64,000 nucleotides of DNA from Daphnia carinata (lineage: Eukaryota): assembly GCF_022539665.2 (NCBI RefSeq), contig NC_081332.1, forward strand, positions 5,208,001-5,272,000. Reading direction: 5' to 3'. The position numbers and the translations under genes are program-made. This document shows, one piece after another, positions 51,901-64,000 of the stretch. The notes beneath the pieces were generated by a model. The model saw only the letters and a list, made by a program, of their open reading frames with translations. It was not told the origin of the DNA and made no database searches. Positions within the stretch are counted from its first letter, which is position 1. Each line of letters starts with the position of its first letter.

Positions 51901-54900
51901 TAGCCTAGTTAACGGGCCGTCCATGACGGGCCGTCTTTGATCTCTTTCTAGATCGTTTCATATTTATTTTTTTCACACGCTCTAAAAACGAAAGAAGCCA
52001 ATCGGTGTGACATACCTGATAGGCGTCGCCTTGTTGTCCGGTGGGACAACGACATTTGAAACCGCCGTTCTCATTGATGCAAAGTGCTCCTGGACCGCAA
52101 GGATTGTCTCGACATTCGTCAATATCGCTGCAGCCGACAGTCGGGTTTCCAGTGTGTCCAGGCTCGCACATGCACTTGGGCGGGTCGGACGGCGTGCATT
52201 TGCTGTTGACTCCGCAAGCGTGACGCTCGCACGGGCTTTTGCATTTGTTGGCGTCTTCCGTGTCGGTGTAGTAAGGCGGCGGGCAAACGCACTCGCCCGG
52301 CTGGACGCAGCGCTCGTTGGTCCCGCATTCCGTGTCGGAGACGCATCGGACTTGGCTCGGAGCGCAGACGCCTTTGTAAGGGTCGCCGCTGAAGTTGCCC
52401 GGACATTGACAGTCGAAACGGCCTGGCCGGTTGAAACATTCGGCTCCGAAACCGCAGGCCGACTGGCCGTTGATTCCTTCTTGACATTCGTTGACGTCTT
52501 CGCACGATCCGTCGGGTCTGGCGCGGAAACCGGATGGGCAGGCGCAGTAGCTAACTCCGCCGGTGACGGTGATGCATTCAGCGCCGGACGGGCAGGTCTG
52601 GCGGCCGCCAGCGCAGTCGGCCAGGAGACAAGCGCCTCCGACGACTTTATAAGGCGGTTGGCATCGGCATTCAACACTGTCGCAGACGTCGCAGCTCTGG
52701 AACGGATTTCCCTCGTAGCCGTCCGGGCAGGAACAGTCGTAACTGCCGGGCAAGTTCTTACAGACGGCCCTGAAACCGCAAGCGGGTTTATCGGCTGGTG
52801 ATTCGAGACACTCGTTGATGTCGCGGCAGAGTCCAGTGACTTGGTCGCGGACCCAGCCTCTGGAACAGACGCAAACGCCGCCATTGTCCGATGGAACGCA
52901 AACTTCTCCGCTCGGACAGGGAAGGATGCTGCAGCCCGGTGGAGCTGTGGCTTTCTCAATGCAGCCGGCCTTGTACGGCTCGCCTTCGAACCCGTTGGGA
53001 CACTCACAGACGAAACGGCCTGGTTCATTGCGACAAACGGCTCCCTGGGCGCAAGGCTGCTGGCCGGTAGAGCATTCGTCAATGTCGACACATCCGCCAT
53101 TTGGCCCACCGGTGAAACCGGACGAGCACATGCATTTGGCCACGTCGTTGATGAGCATGCATTCCTGATTGGCCGAGCAGCGGACACTTTCACACGGATC
53201 TACAACAAACGAACCAATTAAATAAAAATGCTGGAACAATCATGAAATTTATGGAAAAAAAATTGTCTTACGTCTGCAGTCTTTGCCGACGTTGGGTTCG
53301 GGGCATAAACACTCTTTGGTCGGGTCGCAAACGGCGTTGCCTGGACAATCGTCGTCGATGGCGCAGCGCAAAAGGGAAACGCATTTGGTGCGGGCATCGG
53401 GCTCCGGGGCTGTCCCGTCCGGGCAGCGACATTCGTGCGAACCGGGAATGTTGACGCAGATGGCTCCCGTGCCGCAAACACCCGGTCGTTGGCATTCGTC
53501 GATATCTATTGTGTACAAGATGCTCATTATCGAACCGGTTGAGATAGCACATCGTTACTTGTTTGTTTTTTGTTTTGTTTTTTTATAGAAATAAAGGGCA
53601 CATTCAAAAAATGAAAGAAAAGAAAGGGAAAAAAAAAACTGGAATTGTTCATTTTCAATTTCTTCGAAGCTGCAACGTGAAATCAACCATTGAAAATCGA
53701 ACCGCGAGCCATTTTCTAATTCGTGACTCGTTATAAAATGCCTAAGGTTACGTGAGGTTTTTACAATGATTTATTAGTATAATAGGGCATTCGAAATAGG
53801 AATTTCAACTATACATTTCGCCGTGCCCCGTGTGATAGCCGAAAATGTTGAAACAGCGGAACTATTTCCCCTTTATTATCTATTGTTTTTTGTTTTTTTT
53901 TGTCTTATTTTTTTTTATACGTACCCAAGCATCTGGTGGACGGGTCGCCGGAAAAGCCCGGAGGGCACTGGCAACTAAAGCTGCCGGGCGTGTTGCTACA
54001 AATCGCACCCTCTCCGCAACGACTGAGAAGGCCCTGGGCGAGGTCGCATTCGTCGATATCTGAGAAAAATATTAAACAAACAAAAGCAAAAAAAAAAAAA
54101 TTAGCTGATTTTAAAAAATTCGTAACGTTACAAATGTTACGGTCATCGCTTGAACTATCCCAACTATCTTTTTAAAAAAAAAGAACTGGGTAAGCTCTAT
54201 GAAAAATAATAAACCGCACGCTAATGACCGGCAAGTGGCCATTGGGTCTTTATTTGTTTTTCTTCTTTTGTATCTGATGAAATTTAAAAGAAGAGGCCAA
54301 CGTACCCTGACATCCGGCGGCGATATTGGCCGGATCGTAGGTCCAACCTTCGTCGCAAACGCAGAAAGCTTCTTCGCCTTGGGTCTTGCAAGTTGCATGA
54401 GTACCGCATTTAACATCTTCGCATGGAGCTGAGAGGCACGTCATTGATCGAATACATAAATTTAAAAAAAAAAAAGAAATAAAAAAGAAAATTTAACATA
54501 CGACTTAACTATTGAAAAAAACCAGAGTTTGTTTTGTTCATCATTTTTCAATTGAAAAATTGACATATCGATTGAAAAAAAAAAAAAAAAAATAAAACCA
54601 TCCGACTAATGAATGCCATTTGACTTTGGTCACGAACTAAACCTCGTGACATTTTACTCTCTCCTAACGTTCACTCTCGTTTTTGTTTTTCCAAACATCC
54701 GTCAAAGCTCGTCATTAAATGAAAGTTTCTTGTTTACCTTTGCATGGAGTCGTGGGCGGTTTGCCGACAAAGCCGGCCTCGCATTCGCAACGATGGCTGC
54801 CGGCCAGGTTGGTGCAGACCGAGTTGGGTCCGCACGGAGCCTTGAGGCACTCGTCGATGTCGACGCAAGTCGGGCCCGACGGCGTGAAACCGTTCCGGCA

Positions 54901-57900
54901 GAAACACTGTCCGTCCAGGCACTCGGCGTTGTTGACGCAGTCGAAATTGCCCTTGCAGTCGGTCGCGACGTCCACCTACGAAATTCAACAAAAAAAAAAA
55001 ACAATCTACCATTAGAATCCATGCGATATCAATCCCTTAAAAAAAAAAAAAGAAGAGAAACTGATAGAGGATGGCGGTTATATAACTTTCAAAAATCCCT
55101 TTCAAAAAAAAAATCTCTTCAATAAAGACAGAGATCGATGATTCCTTCTAAAAAAAAAAAACGTGTCAGTTAACAGTAAGACGGGAAATGCCACGTCACT
55201 GAGGGACCCCAAACATCTCACCATGAATCCTTTTTTTATGTAACCTCATTTCCCTTAGTGCGATTGATCCGCCATATAATCAACAAGCTATTAGGATATA
55301 TGCAAGTTTTTTTTGTTTTTTTTTTAAGAGATAGCCGAAAACACACGTAACGGGTGTTTGACAGCTTGACAGACGAGTTTAAACAACAACAAAAAGGAGC
55401 TACGCTGATGGTTTTTGATGAGTGAATATGGATATTAGGCGGTGTGAGGGAACAATGAGAAAAATCCTTCATCACCTGTTCGCATGCGACGTCCGGTGTA
55501 GGTTGGCCGGCATATCCTTGAGGGCAGCGACAATTGTAGCCGGGCACAGTGTTCTCGCAGATGGCCTGCTTACCACACGGACTTGCCAGCACGGCACACT
55601 CGTCAATGTCTAAAAAGAAGAAGGTAACACACACACATCGTCATTCATCTTAACTAGAAAAAACTCTCAGTCTAGTGTTATGACATTTATGGGCTATACG
55701 CCTTCCATGGCCGTAACGGATGGCCTACATACCTGAACATCCTCGGTAGGGGTCTCCAGTAAAGTCCTGGGAGCAGGAACAGCTGAAACTGCCTATGGTG
55801 TCGGTACAGGTCGCATTGGCGCCGCACGGTTTACCCAGGCACTCGTTGATGTCTGTATAGCCAGGGTGAAACACGTACACACAAAAGGGAAAGTTTTAGC
55901 ATAACGCTTATCTAACATACGTGTTGATTCCCACCGATGGAACGAAACGATAATGAAGGATGGGTTTTTTTTTTTTTTTTTTTTTTTTTAAGGTTACATT
56001 TAAAAAGAGAGCAAAGCTATAAATGGAAGGCTGGGATCGCCTTGAAACCGGGCAAAAGCAATTGAAACGCCGGGCCCGCAAATCCCTAGTTCCCGTAACG
56101 CACTCGTTAATATGTAACCCAACAGCAAACGCCGAAGGCGAAGACGTTTCGTTGGTTTATCTAATTTTGGTTAGTTAAAAGCTCGTTAGTAATGAGATAA
56201 GCGGCGGTGTTAAACAGTTAACATTCAGTCTTTTTGCAGATAGAAAAAGACAGATTTAAAACAATAATAGCTGATGGGGGATGTTAAAAACATCCGCATT
56301 TTCCAAAAGACAGAAAATGATTATAAGATTAGAATGCGAAGGAGTTAACGAACTCCGCAACGCACGGAGTCTGTAATTACATTAGCGATGAATAGGAAGG
56401 AAAGAAAAAAAAAATGATGGTGGTAATGCCGTGACCGATTTGCTAAAATAATGGCGTAGCGTTTCAATGCGTGATGATGATCACCATCATTTTTTTTTTT
56501 GTTTTGTTTTTTAATATAGATGGGAAAGACTTAAGAATTAAAGAGAGAAAAAAATAAATAAATGTTTCAAGAACCTTGACAGGCAATTTTGGGGTCGCCC
56601 TTGAATCCTGGCGGGCACTGGCATCTAAAGGTTCCGGGCAGGTTATCGCAGATGGCGCTTCTTCCGCACACGGGAGTCGCCTTGACGCCGGGCGGCGGTG
56701 GTGCGCATTCGTCGACGTCAACGCAAGCCACTTTGGGGTCACCGGTGAAACCGGCCGGGCATGTGCATTTGTAACCGCCGTCCGTGTTCGTGCAGAGGCT
56801 TCCGGTGCCGCAGGCATTGCCAATTTCACATTCATCGATATCGGCGCACTGGATCGTGTTTAAAAAAAAAAAAAAAAAAAAATCCATTTCATTAATTGAA
56901 ATTCAAACAAGAGAATCGGATAAAAATGTTAATCTTACGCCATCGTAAGGGTTGCCTCCGTAGCCGTTGGGGCAGGTGCAGGTGTAGTTGCCTGGGGTAT
57001 TCTGACAAAGGGCATTAAGGCCGCACGATCCAGGATTTTGGCACTCGTCAATGTCTGTATTTCGTTTCGAGATATAAGAACAAAAAAGAAAAACCGTTGG
57101 AATGTTTTTAAAAAACAAAAAAAAACGAGACTTGCATAACAAATAAATGAAGACCTCAATTTCAATTGAAACGGCAAAACAGGAAAAAAAAATAATAAAA
57201 GCATGAAACAAAACTTGTCGGCGCTCTTATTTTTATCGCTGAATCAAATAAAGAAAGAAGACAAGATGTTCAATAATGAGTATTTGGGCTTACCGAGACA
57301 TTCCTTCTCTCCATCGCCTTGGAAACCGGGTTTGCATTTGCACGAATAGTGGGCCGGCAGGTTGCAGCACTCGGCGTTCTCCACGCACTTGGCCGCCAAT
57401 GCCGGATCCTTGCACTCGTCGATATCTTTTAAAAAAAAAAAAAAAACGCATTTATTTCAATTAAACAAACGAAAATAAGGTGGCGAAAATTAAATTCATC
57501 ATACGCAAATTGCGATTGCAATTTTTGAACATAAAAATATTGAAAAATAAAGTTTAGATTCTGCTGGTAACGATTCCGGTTTCGTCCGGAATGTACACCC
57601 CTATCATGTAGATCAAACGAGCCCGGATAAAACCAGCTGGATCGTACATATTTCTCATTCTTTTTCTTTTTTTTTTTTTCTCTCGATTATTCTCCATGGT
57701 GTCAGACTTTCACATACGGAACTAGCACGCGCAAGCTCTTTTTTTTTTTTCCCTATACACACACGGGACACGAAAAAAAAAAGGCAGAAGAGAGGAAGAA
57801 AAAGGACGGGAACACCTATATAACACACATCTATGAAAAAGAAAAAGAGAGAGAGAGAGGTGAGTAGGAATAATGGAGAGAGAGGGGCTCTCAGACGTAG

Positions 57901-60900
57901 GGCGTTATGTAGAAAGTGGGTCAACACCGAGCCTCTTTTGCACCATATATGGTGGTCCGTTTTTTTTTGTTTTTTTTTTTTCTTTTTTGTGGCTTGGCTT
58001 CTTTGAATGCTCGCATAGTGGAATATTTTCTCCAGACAGACGCAAGAAAGAATGAAAGAAAAAAAAAAATTATAAACACTTGGAGTGTCCATCTCGGAGA
58101 GAGTTTGTGTGGCTTTCTATATGGCGTTATCTTTATTACAGAACGGACCCATTCACGAATTTCCGTTTAAAAAAAATTCATCAGTTGACGGGTACCACTA
58201 GGCATTTGAAAAAAGCCTCGAAAAAAAAAAAAAAAAAATTAAATTAGATTTTTTTTGGGGGGGAATTTTTCAGGAACTGGACACACACACAGCAAGTCCT
58301 TCGCCTCAATTCGGCCGATCTAACGTCCGGGAATGTTTTACGTTCTGGCGTTTGAGGCCTTCAAACGTAGGCGTTGTTGGACACGGGTCCGTTTCGAAAC
58401 TGTACGTTAGATCATTTTCCGATACAAAAAGAAAAACAGAATTTTGTTCACATTTTTCTTTCGTGTGATTTGAGCGATTGCTTTTCACGAAAGTAAAAAA
58501 AAAAAAAAAAAATGTGGAGCTACGCCCCATTCAATGCGTCGCACGTACCGAAATTAACTTTTAAGACGCCACGTCATGCGAGACGAGAATCCTAATGAAC
58601 AGCGCAAAAAAAAAAAAAAAAAAAAAAAAATATTAAGGTCACCATTATTCGCCCAGCCTGTTCTGCCAAAATTCACGCTAAAATGGAAAGTTTTCCGAGA
58701 AAGAATGGCTTTAAAAAGTAAAAATTACGAAAAAAAACATCGCGAAAAAAATAAATAAATAAAAAGGTCAAAATAAAAGAGGAAAATCCTTGAGCAATAC
58801 TTTGATTTAACCCGAATTAAATATATACAACGTACGTGCGTCTTAAAGAGAAAAAAAAAAAGGAACTGTTTGGAGATCGAGTTTGTCTGATATAGTAGGA
58901 CAAACGAAATGTTTTGTTACTTTAAAGAAAAACGAACAAAACAAAACAAAAAAAAAACCAGTCGAAAATGTGGAATGACCAAACAGTTTGAAAGAATTCA
59001 AACGAAGAGTTCAACGTCTTTTGGTGCAATGCAGAGGGGGGAAAAAATAAGGTCGCACGCTTCTCGATCTCCTGTTACGTGATCATCGTGTACGACAACA
59101 AGTGTCAACTCGATTATCGAATGAATTTCGAAAAGGACCCCGAAAACGATGAAACGATGTGAAAGGCGTAGACAGCAAAAACAATCGACCTCTCAATTCA
59201 ACGAAACCAAACGGATTGCTCGCACCGGGGTCAATCGTGATTTTTTTTTTCCCGTTAACTTTTAACCACGAACATGCGGGTTTGCCCTTCCCTCATTTCG
59301 CTGCAACTTGCCGATAAGAGGAAAAAAATGTGCAAATTCACACGCATTCCCTCAAAACAAAACGTTAGAAAAAGAGACTACGATCCCCTTTCATTCATTC
59401 CTTTCCCTTTTTCTTTAATTGTTCGTCCATTTTGTTGACTCCATCAAAAAGAGATAAAAGCCAATACACACACACACACACACAGAAAGAAAAAAAAAGA
59501 GATCGAAAGTGACGCAAGAATTCGAGCAAAAGAAGTTGAGGAAATTTAAAGAAAATAAAATAAAATTTTCAGAGCTGCAATTGTTTCATTGTTTTCATCA
59601 CACACCTTTTTTTTTTTCTGGGGATTTTCTTCTAGTGCAACAACCGGACATTCAACTCGTCAATTGCAGCAGGAGCCAAGAAAAAAAAAAATAAAAAATA
59701 CAAGCGGAGGAGTACATCTATTCTATTTGCTATTTCTTTTCTTTTCACTCTCTTTCTTGATTGTCTGACGCTGGCGTATTCAGCACCTCTTGGCCACTCT
59801 CTCTCTCTCTCTATTCGCGTTTGTTCGTGCTTCTCAAGTTCATCGTGATTCTTTCGCATTTAAAAATAAAAATAAATTCCCTTTTTCTCTTTTCAGCTAC
59901 TGCCTCCAGCCCAACAGCGATGTTATCCCCCCACCAACAACTTATTAATTCTTTATTTTTCGCTTAAAAGAAAAAGAAAGAATCTGAAAAATTATCCTTA
60001 ATGCTCTCTTGCTACATATCCCGCAATCTTGAATTATGAATTATTCAAGAGCTAAGTCTTTACACAAGAAAAAAAAAAAAAGAAGTTGCAAAGGAAGCTT
60101 GCCAACGACGAGCTAAACAAATGGGCAGATTCGAAAACCGGTTGTCACGGCGCTATCACCTCCGTTCGGGTTTTTCTTCAACAGTTCTTCTTTTTTTTTT
60201 TCCCCCCCAAAAAATCGCTTGCGGTGGATGACATGTTAAAACGAGAGTTCCAAAAAAAAAACCCTTTACGTCATACCTCAAGTGCAACGTCTTCTTATGT
60301 CCTTGTTGACCTTATCGTAAGAGCTCGGATATTATAGGCCCCTCGCTCGTTTGTATAGTAATCGAAAATTTCGTGGACCTTGGAGTGCGCAATCTGCGAT
60401 GGAATTCAACGACGGAGAGGTCGTTGCTATGACTGAACATTGAAAGCCACAAACATCAACCCCGTCGAATCATTGTATACTTTTCGAGACGTGATTTTTT
60501 TTTGTTGGAAGCCTTTGCAACAAGGTGAAAAAAAAAAAAAAGAAAATCAAAAGTGATGGGAACGATCACGCAACACAACCGCCACGAAAAAAAAAAAATA
60601 ACAACATCGTGTGAATAGCGCCTATCCAATCTCGACTCCTTCTCGATTTCTCGCTAAATCGGATGATGCACCTAATTTCACTACCTGCCCCCTCGTATTC
60701 ACACAAAGAGCAGCCGCTTCTTCATTGTTGTCGTCTCAAACCTTTTCTCCCTCCTCCCACCGCCTGTTTTAATTTTTATAACCCATCACCTTCGACAAGG
60801 TGGTCACATTTTGTTTTCCCCCAAAAAAAAAAAAAAAAAACTACGAAACTCAACGTAAAGCACGTAACCATCCCCTTTTTCAGGTGCGAGAGGCAGGATC

Positions 60901-63900
60901 TTGCTCAGGTGTGGTTCTCAGTGGCCTTCAATATTTAAAAAAAAAAAAATACGCTTTTAACGTACTACCTTCGCTGTGCGTTAGCGAAGGTCGACTGTCC
61001 CATTCGGCGATGAGGAACAATTTTTTTTTTTTGAAAAAAAAATTGTTGCGTGTTGCCATTACGGTAACATTTCGTTTTCAAGCAAAAAATAAAAAGAGGA
61101 ACGAAAAAAAAAACTTAAATATTTAATTACAGAGAAGCGCAGCTTTTTGTGGAAGGCTGTAAACAAGGAATTGTCTATTGCTCTTTTTTTTTTTTTTACT
61201 TGTCCTGTCTGTGTGAACTTTCCCCCACCCCACTTTTTTTTGTGCCCATAACTTGATCGTTTCCGTCTTCCTACGCGAGTTCAAATTTCCCACAGTTACG
61301 CGATTCTTCTTTTTTTCTTTTTCCAGCGCAAGGTAATCGAGGGAAGGGTCGTAACAGGTAACACACAAAGTTAAAAGACATCAGCCAAACTAAAAAAATG
61401 AAAAAAAAACAAACTCGACAAAAAGAGGGAGAGGAATATGACGATGGCCTTGCCGCCGGCCGCTTCATCGGACTCCCGCGGATGACACCTCGAGGGTATA
61501 TATATTTTGTACGTTGTAACATACCAGACACGCTGAAAACACGACGTGAAACGACGGCCAAATAAAAATGCGAAGAAGAACATTCCTGTAGCACACTCAT
61601 CGACTAATTTCAGAAATTTGAATATTCCTCCCAAAAACAGAAAACGAGAATTACGGTCGGCAAAAAATAAATAAAATTCCCAGAATTATTTCTCTGGCGC
61701 GAGGAATGAGAAAAAAAAAAAAGAACCGAAAGACTAAAATTGGCGAAAGATGGTGAAGGGTAAACAGCAACCCGTTGCTAGCCAATAGCAGCACAACACA
61801 CGCTGCTAACGCAATCGGCCTTTTTTTTTTTGTTTTCAACAGTCTGGGAGAGAACGAGGAGGAAGAATAATCTTTAGACAAGTGGGGAGATTTCTTTCTC
61901 CCTTTCACATCTCTTTTCATCATTCCCTTTCCTAAAGATCGTTTTTTTTTTGTGTGTTCCCTACATGGTTTAAGAGATGCCTTATAAGGTTATGAAGGTC
62001 GTGAATGTGAGCCACGCCAATGAATCGAGGGAGAGCTGCAACGCTGTCGTGCTGGCACGGTAAAGTCAGGGAGGATTGTTTAAAGAAAATATAAAAATGG
62101 AAACCTTAAATCGAACTAGGACGGGGCGGAAATATATACCTAGTTTAGCCTGTCCTACTGAGAAACAAACGCACGCCACCTTTTAAAAGAGTCCCCCTTT
62201 GTTTTTTTTTGTTTTTTTCCCTGTCGTGTTTTGTTCTGATTTCGATATAATTACAAGAACAGATAATTATACGAACCGGAACCCTTTTTTCGATTCGACG
62301 AATAGAAAATTCGGGTAGCAACACCCATAATGCGTTTTTTTTTTTTTTTTACATCCTAACTGGTTTTCAGATATTTTTTGAAGAAATAGTTTTTAGTTGT
62401 CTTTTACCTGTGCAGGTGAAGCCGTCGCCTTCGTAGCCGGGGTAGCAGGTACAGGTGAAACTGCCCAGAGTGTTGGTACACTGGGCGAACACGTCACAAG
62501 GTCGATACTTGCACTCGTTCTCGTCTAAAAAAAGATAAAACAAGTGAGTCATCAACATTTCAAACGAAATGGGGGAAAAACCGTGATGATCATTTGCTAA
62601 TATTATCATTTTCAAGTGTATATTTAGACTTTTATTTACCTGGCGTCGAGCAGCCGCAGCCTCCGTAGCCGTCATTGCAATGGCATTCGTGATCGAGACA
62701 GGCGCCATTTTGGCAACGAGCACCTTCCGTCAAGACACAATCTCCTACACACACACAAAAGAAAAAGAAATTGTTGTCATTACTGATCTTCGAATGAATG
62801 ATACCATGAGAGTTGCATTGATAACAAGGCAGCCCTCAAAACCTAAATAAAACAAGGCATTGAATTATGGATGAATGCCTTTTTCCTTTGTTTGCAGCTT
62901 CTTCTACGAACCCTATTGCTATCACGCACACGTGGGAGGATAGCCAAACACAATTATTATTCTAGTGACGAGACAGCTTCCGTGTGTTAGAATGACACCT
63001 GCTGCAGGGCACTAAACAATAAAAGCGTGAGCTGCCTCAACAATTAGCGAAAGTTTTGAAGTTTTCACGTGAACAAACTTGAATTTAATAGCGAAATTTA
63101 ATTGGGATGTGATCTTACTTCTGCACTTTACGGCGCCAAAACCTGCACTGAACTAAACTATCATAGGGATAGGCTTCTGAACATTACGGCGCCAAAACCT
63201 CACTGAACTAAATTATCATGGGAATAGGCCTCAGCTGACGGATTAGCACATTTTAGAATAATTAATGACGTTGCCAAATTTATTAATTACAGTAATTAAA
63301 TTTTTAGTTTTAATGAACAATATAATTTCTAAATTGTTGTTGCCACTAACCTACTCGTAAAATACCAAAAAAAAACAGGACGAAATTAATTAAAAAGAAA
63401 ACTAGGAGAAAATTAGCTAAATAATACAATCATCTCCACCACCAATTAAGCTCTTTCACGAAAAAAAAAAGTCGATGGAGCTCTTGATTACTATTACCTA
63501 ATAATTTCGTAAAAGATATATATATTTTTTTTTTCCCTAGTAGATAACGGCCGTAAAGAAAAGAGAAAATCCCGTCGAAAAAAAAAATGAGATATTCTTG
63601 ACACACTTTTCCCTCCAACGAAAAACTACAAAGGAAAATGGGTGGATGGGCAGACGACGAGAAGAAAACATCTAAGGGCGAGTCGTCAATAAATATACAA
63701 GGTATCTCAATCCCACCTCATGGAACCGTTACGACTCGTCAAGCAGAAACAATGAAGAAAAATACATAAATCATTCGATTAAAAGTGACTTTTACCTGTG
63801 CATTTGAGTTTGCCACGGTTCTCGTCCGAGCCGAGGAAACAGTCGGATATGCCGTCGCACAACTTTGAAATGTCGTAAAGCTGAAGGACGTCGGTTGACT

Positions 63901-64000
63901 CGTTCACCTGGCACCCGAAATAACCGTCGTCGAGGTGAAGGAAAAAGACTTCGGAACGTGGTCGCAAAACCGGTGCTCCCAAAGTTGCTCGTCCTCGACT
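6673..64000 (-). CDS. dpy: Dumpy orthologue: giant apical ECM/tendon protein with EGF, DPY, Pro-rich, ZP and TM domains; many tens of exons; 5' end outside the window
   Basis: N-terminal segment [12 protein letters not shown]...[36 protein letters not shown]; many EGF-DPY-EGF trimers ([23 protein letters not shown]); ZP start [29 protein letters not shown]; tail YRRRPK..PLPHP.EFPNPLF..PDYLS. All match my recollection of Drosophila Dumpy. The exons I spliced by hand join with compatible phases, apart from five internal lesions (see findings). Confidence 0.93.
7144..7158 (-). other. dpy: Consensus furin cleavage site (RRRRR) after the ZP domain
   Basis: Exon 6978-7188 translates [20 protein letters not shown]..., the usual position of the cleavage site in ZP proteins. 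Confidence 0.85.
7162..8094 (-). other. dpy: Zona pellucida (ZP) domain coding exons
   Basis: Spread over the 3' end of exon 7937-9494 and exons 7560-7866, ~7253-7482 and 6978-7188. Motifs [50 protein letters not shown]. Confidence 0.9.
18073..20300. repeat. Internal segmental duplicate, copy 1 (partner 25719-27950)
   Basis: Exons and introns align at offset 7646 (ORFs 18484/26130, 18882/26528, 19323/26969). Confidence 0.9.
25719..27950. repeat. Internal segmental duplicate, copy 2 (partner 18073-20300)
   Basis: Near-identical to 18073-20300 including introns; intron ~26875-27050 matches ~19229-19404. Confidence 0.9.
35263..40746 (-). other. dpy: Giant Pro/Thr/Ser-rich exon of dumpy (5484 nt, phase 1-1) ending in a DPY-EGF unit
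   Basis: Acceptor TGCAG|GA CCA CTC at 40746 and donor GCC G|GTAC at 35263. It is covered by ORFs 36506-40771, 36283-36603 and 35379-36197 in three different frames. Confidence 0.85.
36190..37160 (-). repeat. Coding tandem repeat, 162-nt (54-aa) unit, about 6 copies
   Basis: Unit [54 protein letters not shown]; the anchor aaggaggtctactcgttcc recurs at 36619 and 36781. Confidence 0.9.
53272..57425 (-). other. dpy: Cluster of one- or two-module EGF/EGF_CA exons in the dumpy N-terminal region
   Basis: Exons beginning D(I/V)(D/N)EC at about 57425, 57054, 55852, 55609, 54059 and 53505. Exon 55733-55852 ([40 protein letters not shown]) is absent from the ORF track. Confidence 0.88.
56030..56113 (-). 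pseudogene. Degenerate EGF_CA pseudo-exon within a dumpy intron
   Basis: Minus strand reads tac|AT ATT AAC GAG TGC (DINEC), then GICGPG, RFNCFC and GF-GDP fragments in shifting frames. The acceptor reads TAC instead of TAG. Confidence 0.75.
63128..63238. repeat. Intronic tandem duplication, 56-nt unit, 2 copies
   Basis: ttacggcgccaaaacct(g)cactgaactaaa.tatcat.gg.ataggc starts at 63128 and again at 63184. Confidence 0.85.
63796..64000 (-). other. dpy: dumpy N-terminal exon with an LDLa-like module (cut by the window end)
   Basis: [52 protein letters not shown], donor GTAAAA after 63796. Confidence 0.85.

Noticed and set aside
10293..53830. Shared intronic 10-11-mers (ccgtgccccg 10329/53821, acgtgcgaaaa 10293/24020, cgctggcacg 11252/11421) as docking/selector elements
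   Set aside because: I found no complementary docking site, and matches of this length are expected by chance in 64 kb.
8165..56863. Numerous plus-strand and alternate-frame ORFs overlapping dumpy exons (e.g. 52007-52801, 46342-47049, 51982-53193)
   Set aside because: Shadow ORFs of GC-rich, repetitive Cys-rich coding exons; they track exon limits and show no domain features.
57655..61923. Lys/Phe-rich ORFs in the 5-kb intron (similar ones at 21838-22441 and 23683-24293)
   Set aside because: Translations of A/T homopolymer-rich intron sequence with no splice or domain support for a nested gene.
6673..64000. Calling the whole dumpy gene a pseudogene
   Set aside because: Only five lesions in two small patches were found; the splice sites and cysteine patterns examined are otherwise intact. 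Assembly error is more parsimonious.

Overview
Eukaryotic (arthropod) genomic DNA with short GT-AG introns; intron sizes and composition look Daphnia-like, which is an inference only. About 57 kb (6673-64000, minus strand, 5' end beyond the window) is one giant intron-rich gene orthologous to Drosophila dumpy. In transcript order it has an N-terminal LDLa-like exon, EGF/EGF_CA and DPY modules, a 5.5-kb Pro-rich exon, an array of about 11 tandem three-exon units (each exon one EGF-DPY-EGF trimer, phase 1-1), a ZP domain, a furin site, a TM helix and a short tail. The left end holds a pancreatic-type lipase (minus), a nucleoside diphosphate kinase (plus) and a small uncharacterised spliced gene (minus). 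Main points of interest: (i) periodic exon/intron architecture suggesting triplet-wise modular splicing; (ii) a recent internal duplication with patchy homogenisation; (iii) a dead EGF pseudo-exon; (iv) an ACUAA motif cluster upstream of the Pro-rich exon; (v) five ORF-breaking lesions in dumpy (one in-frame TAG, four single-base frameshifts), more probably assembly errors but needing a read-level check. Exon coordinates were derived by hand and may be off by a few bases.
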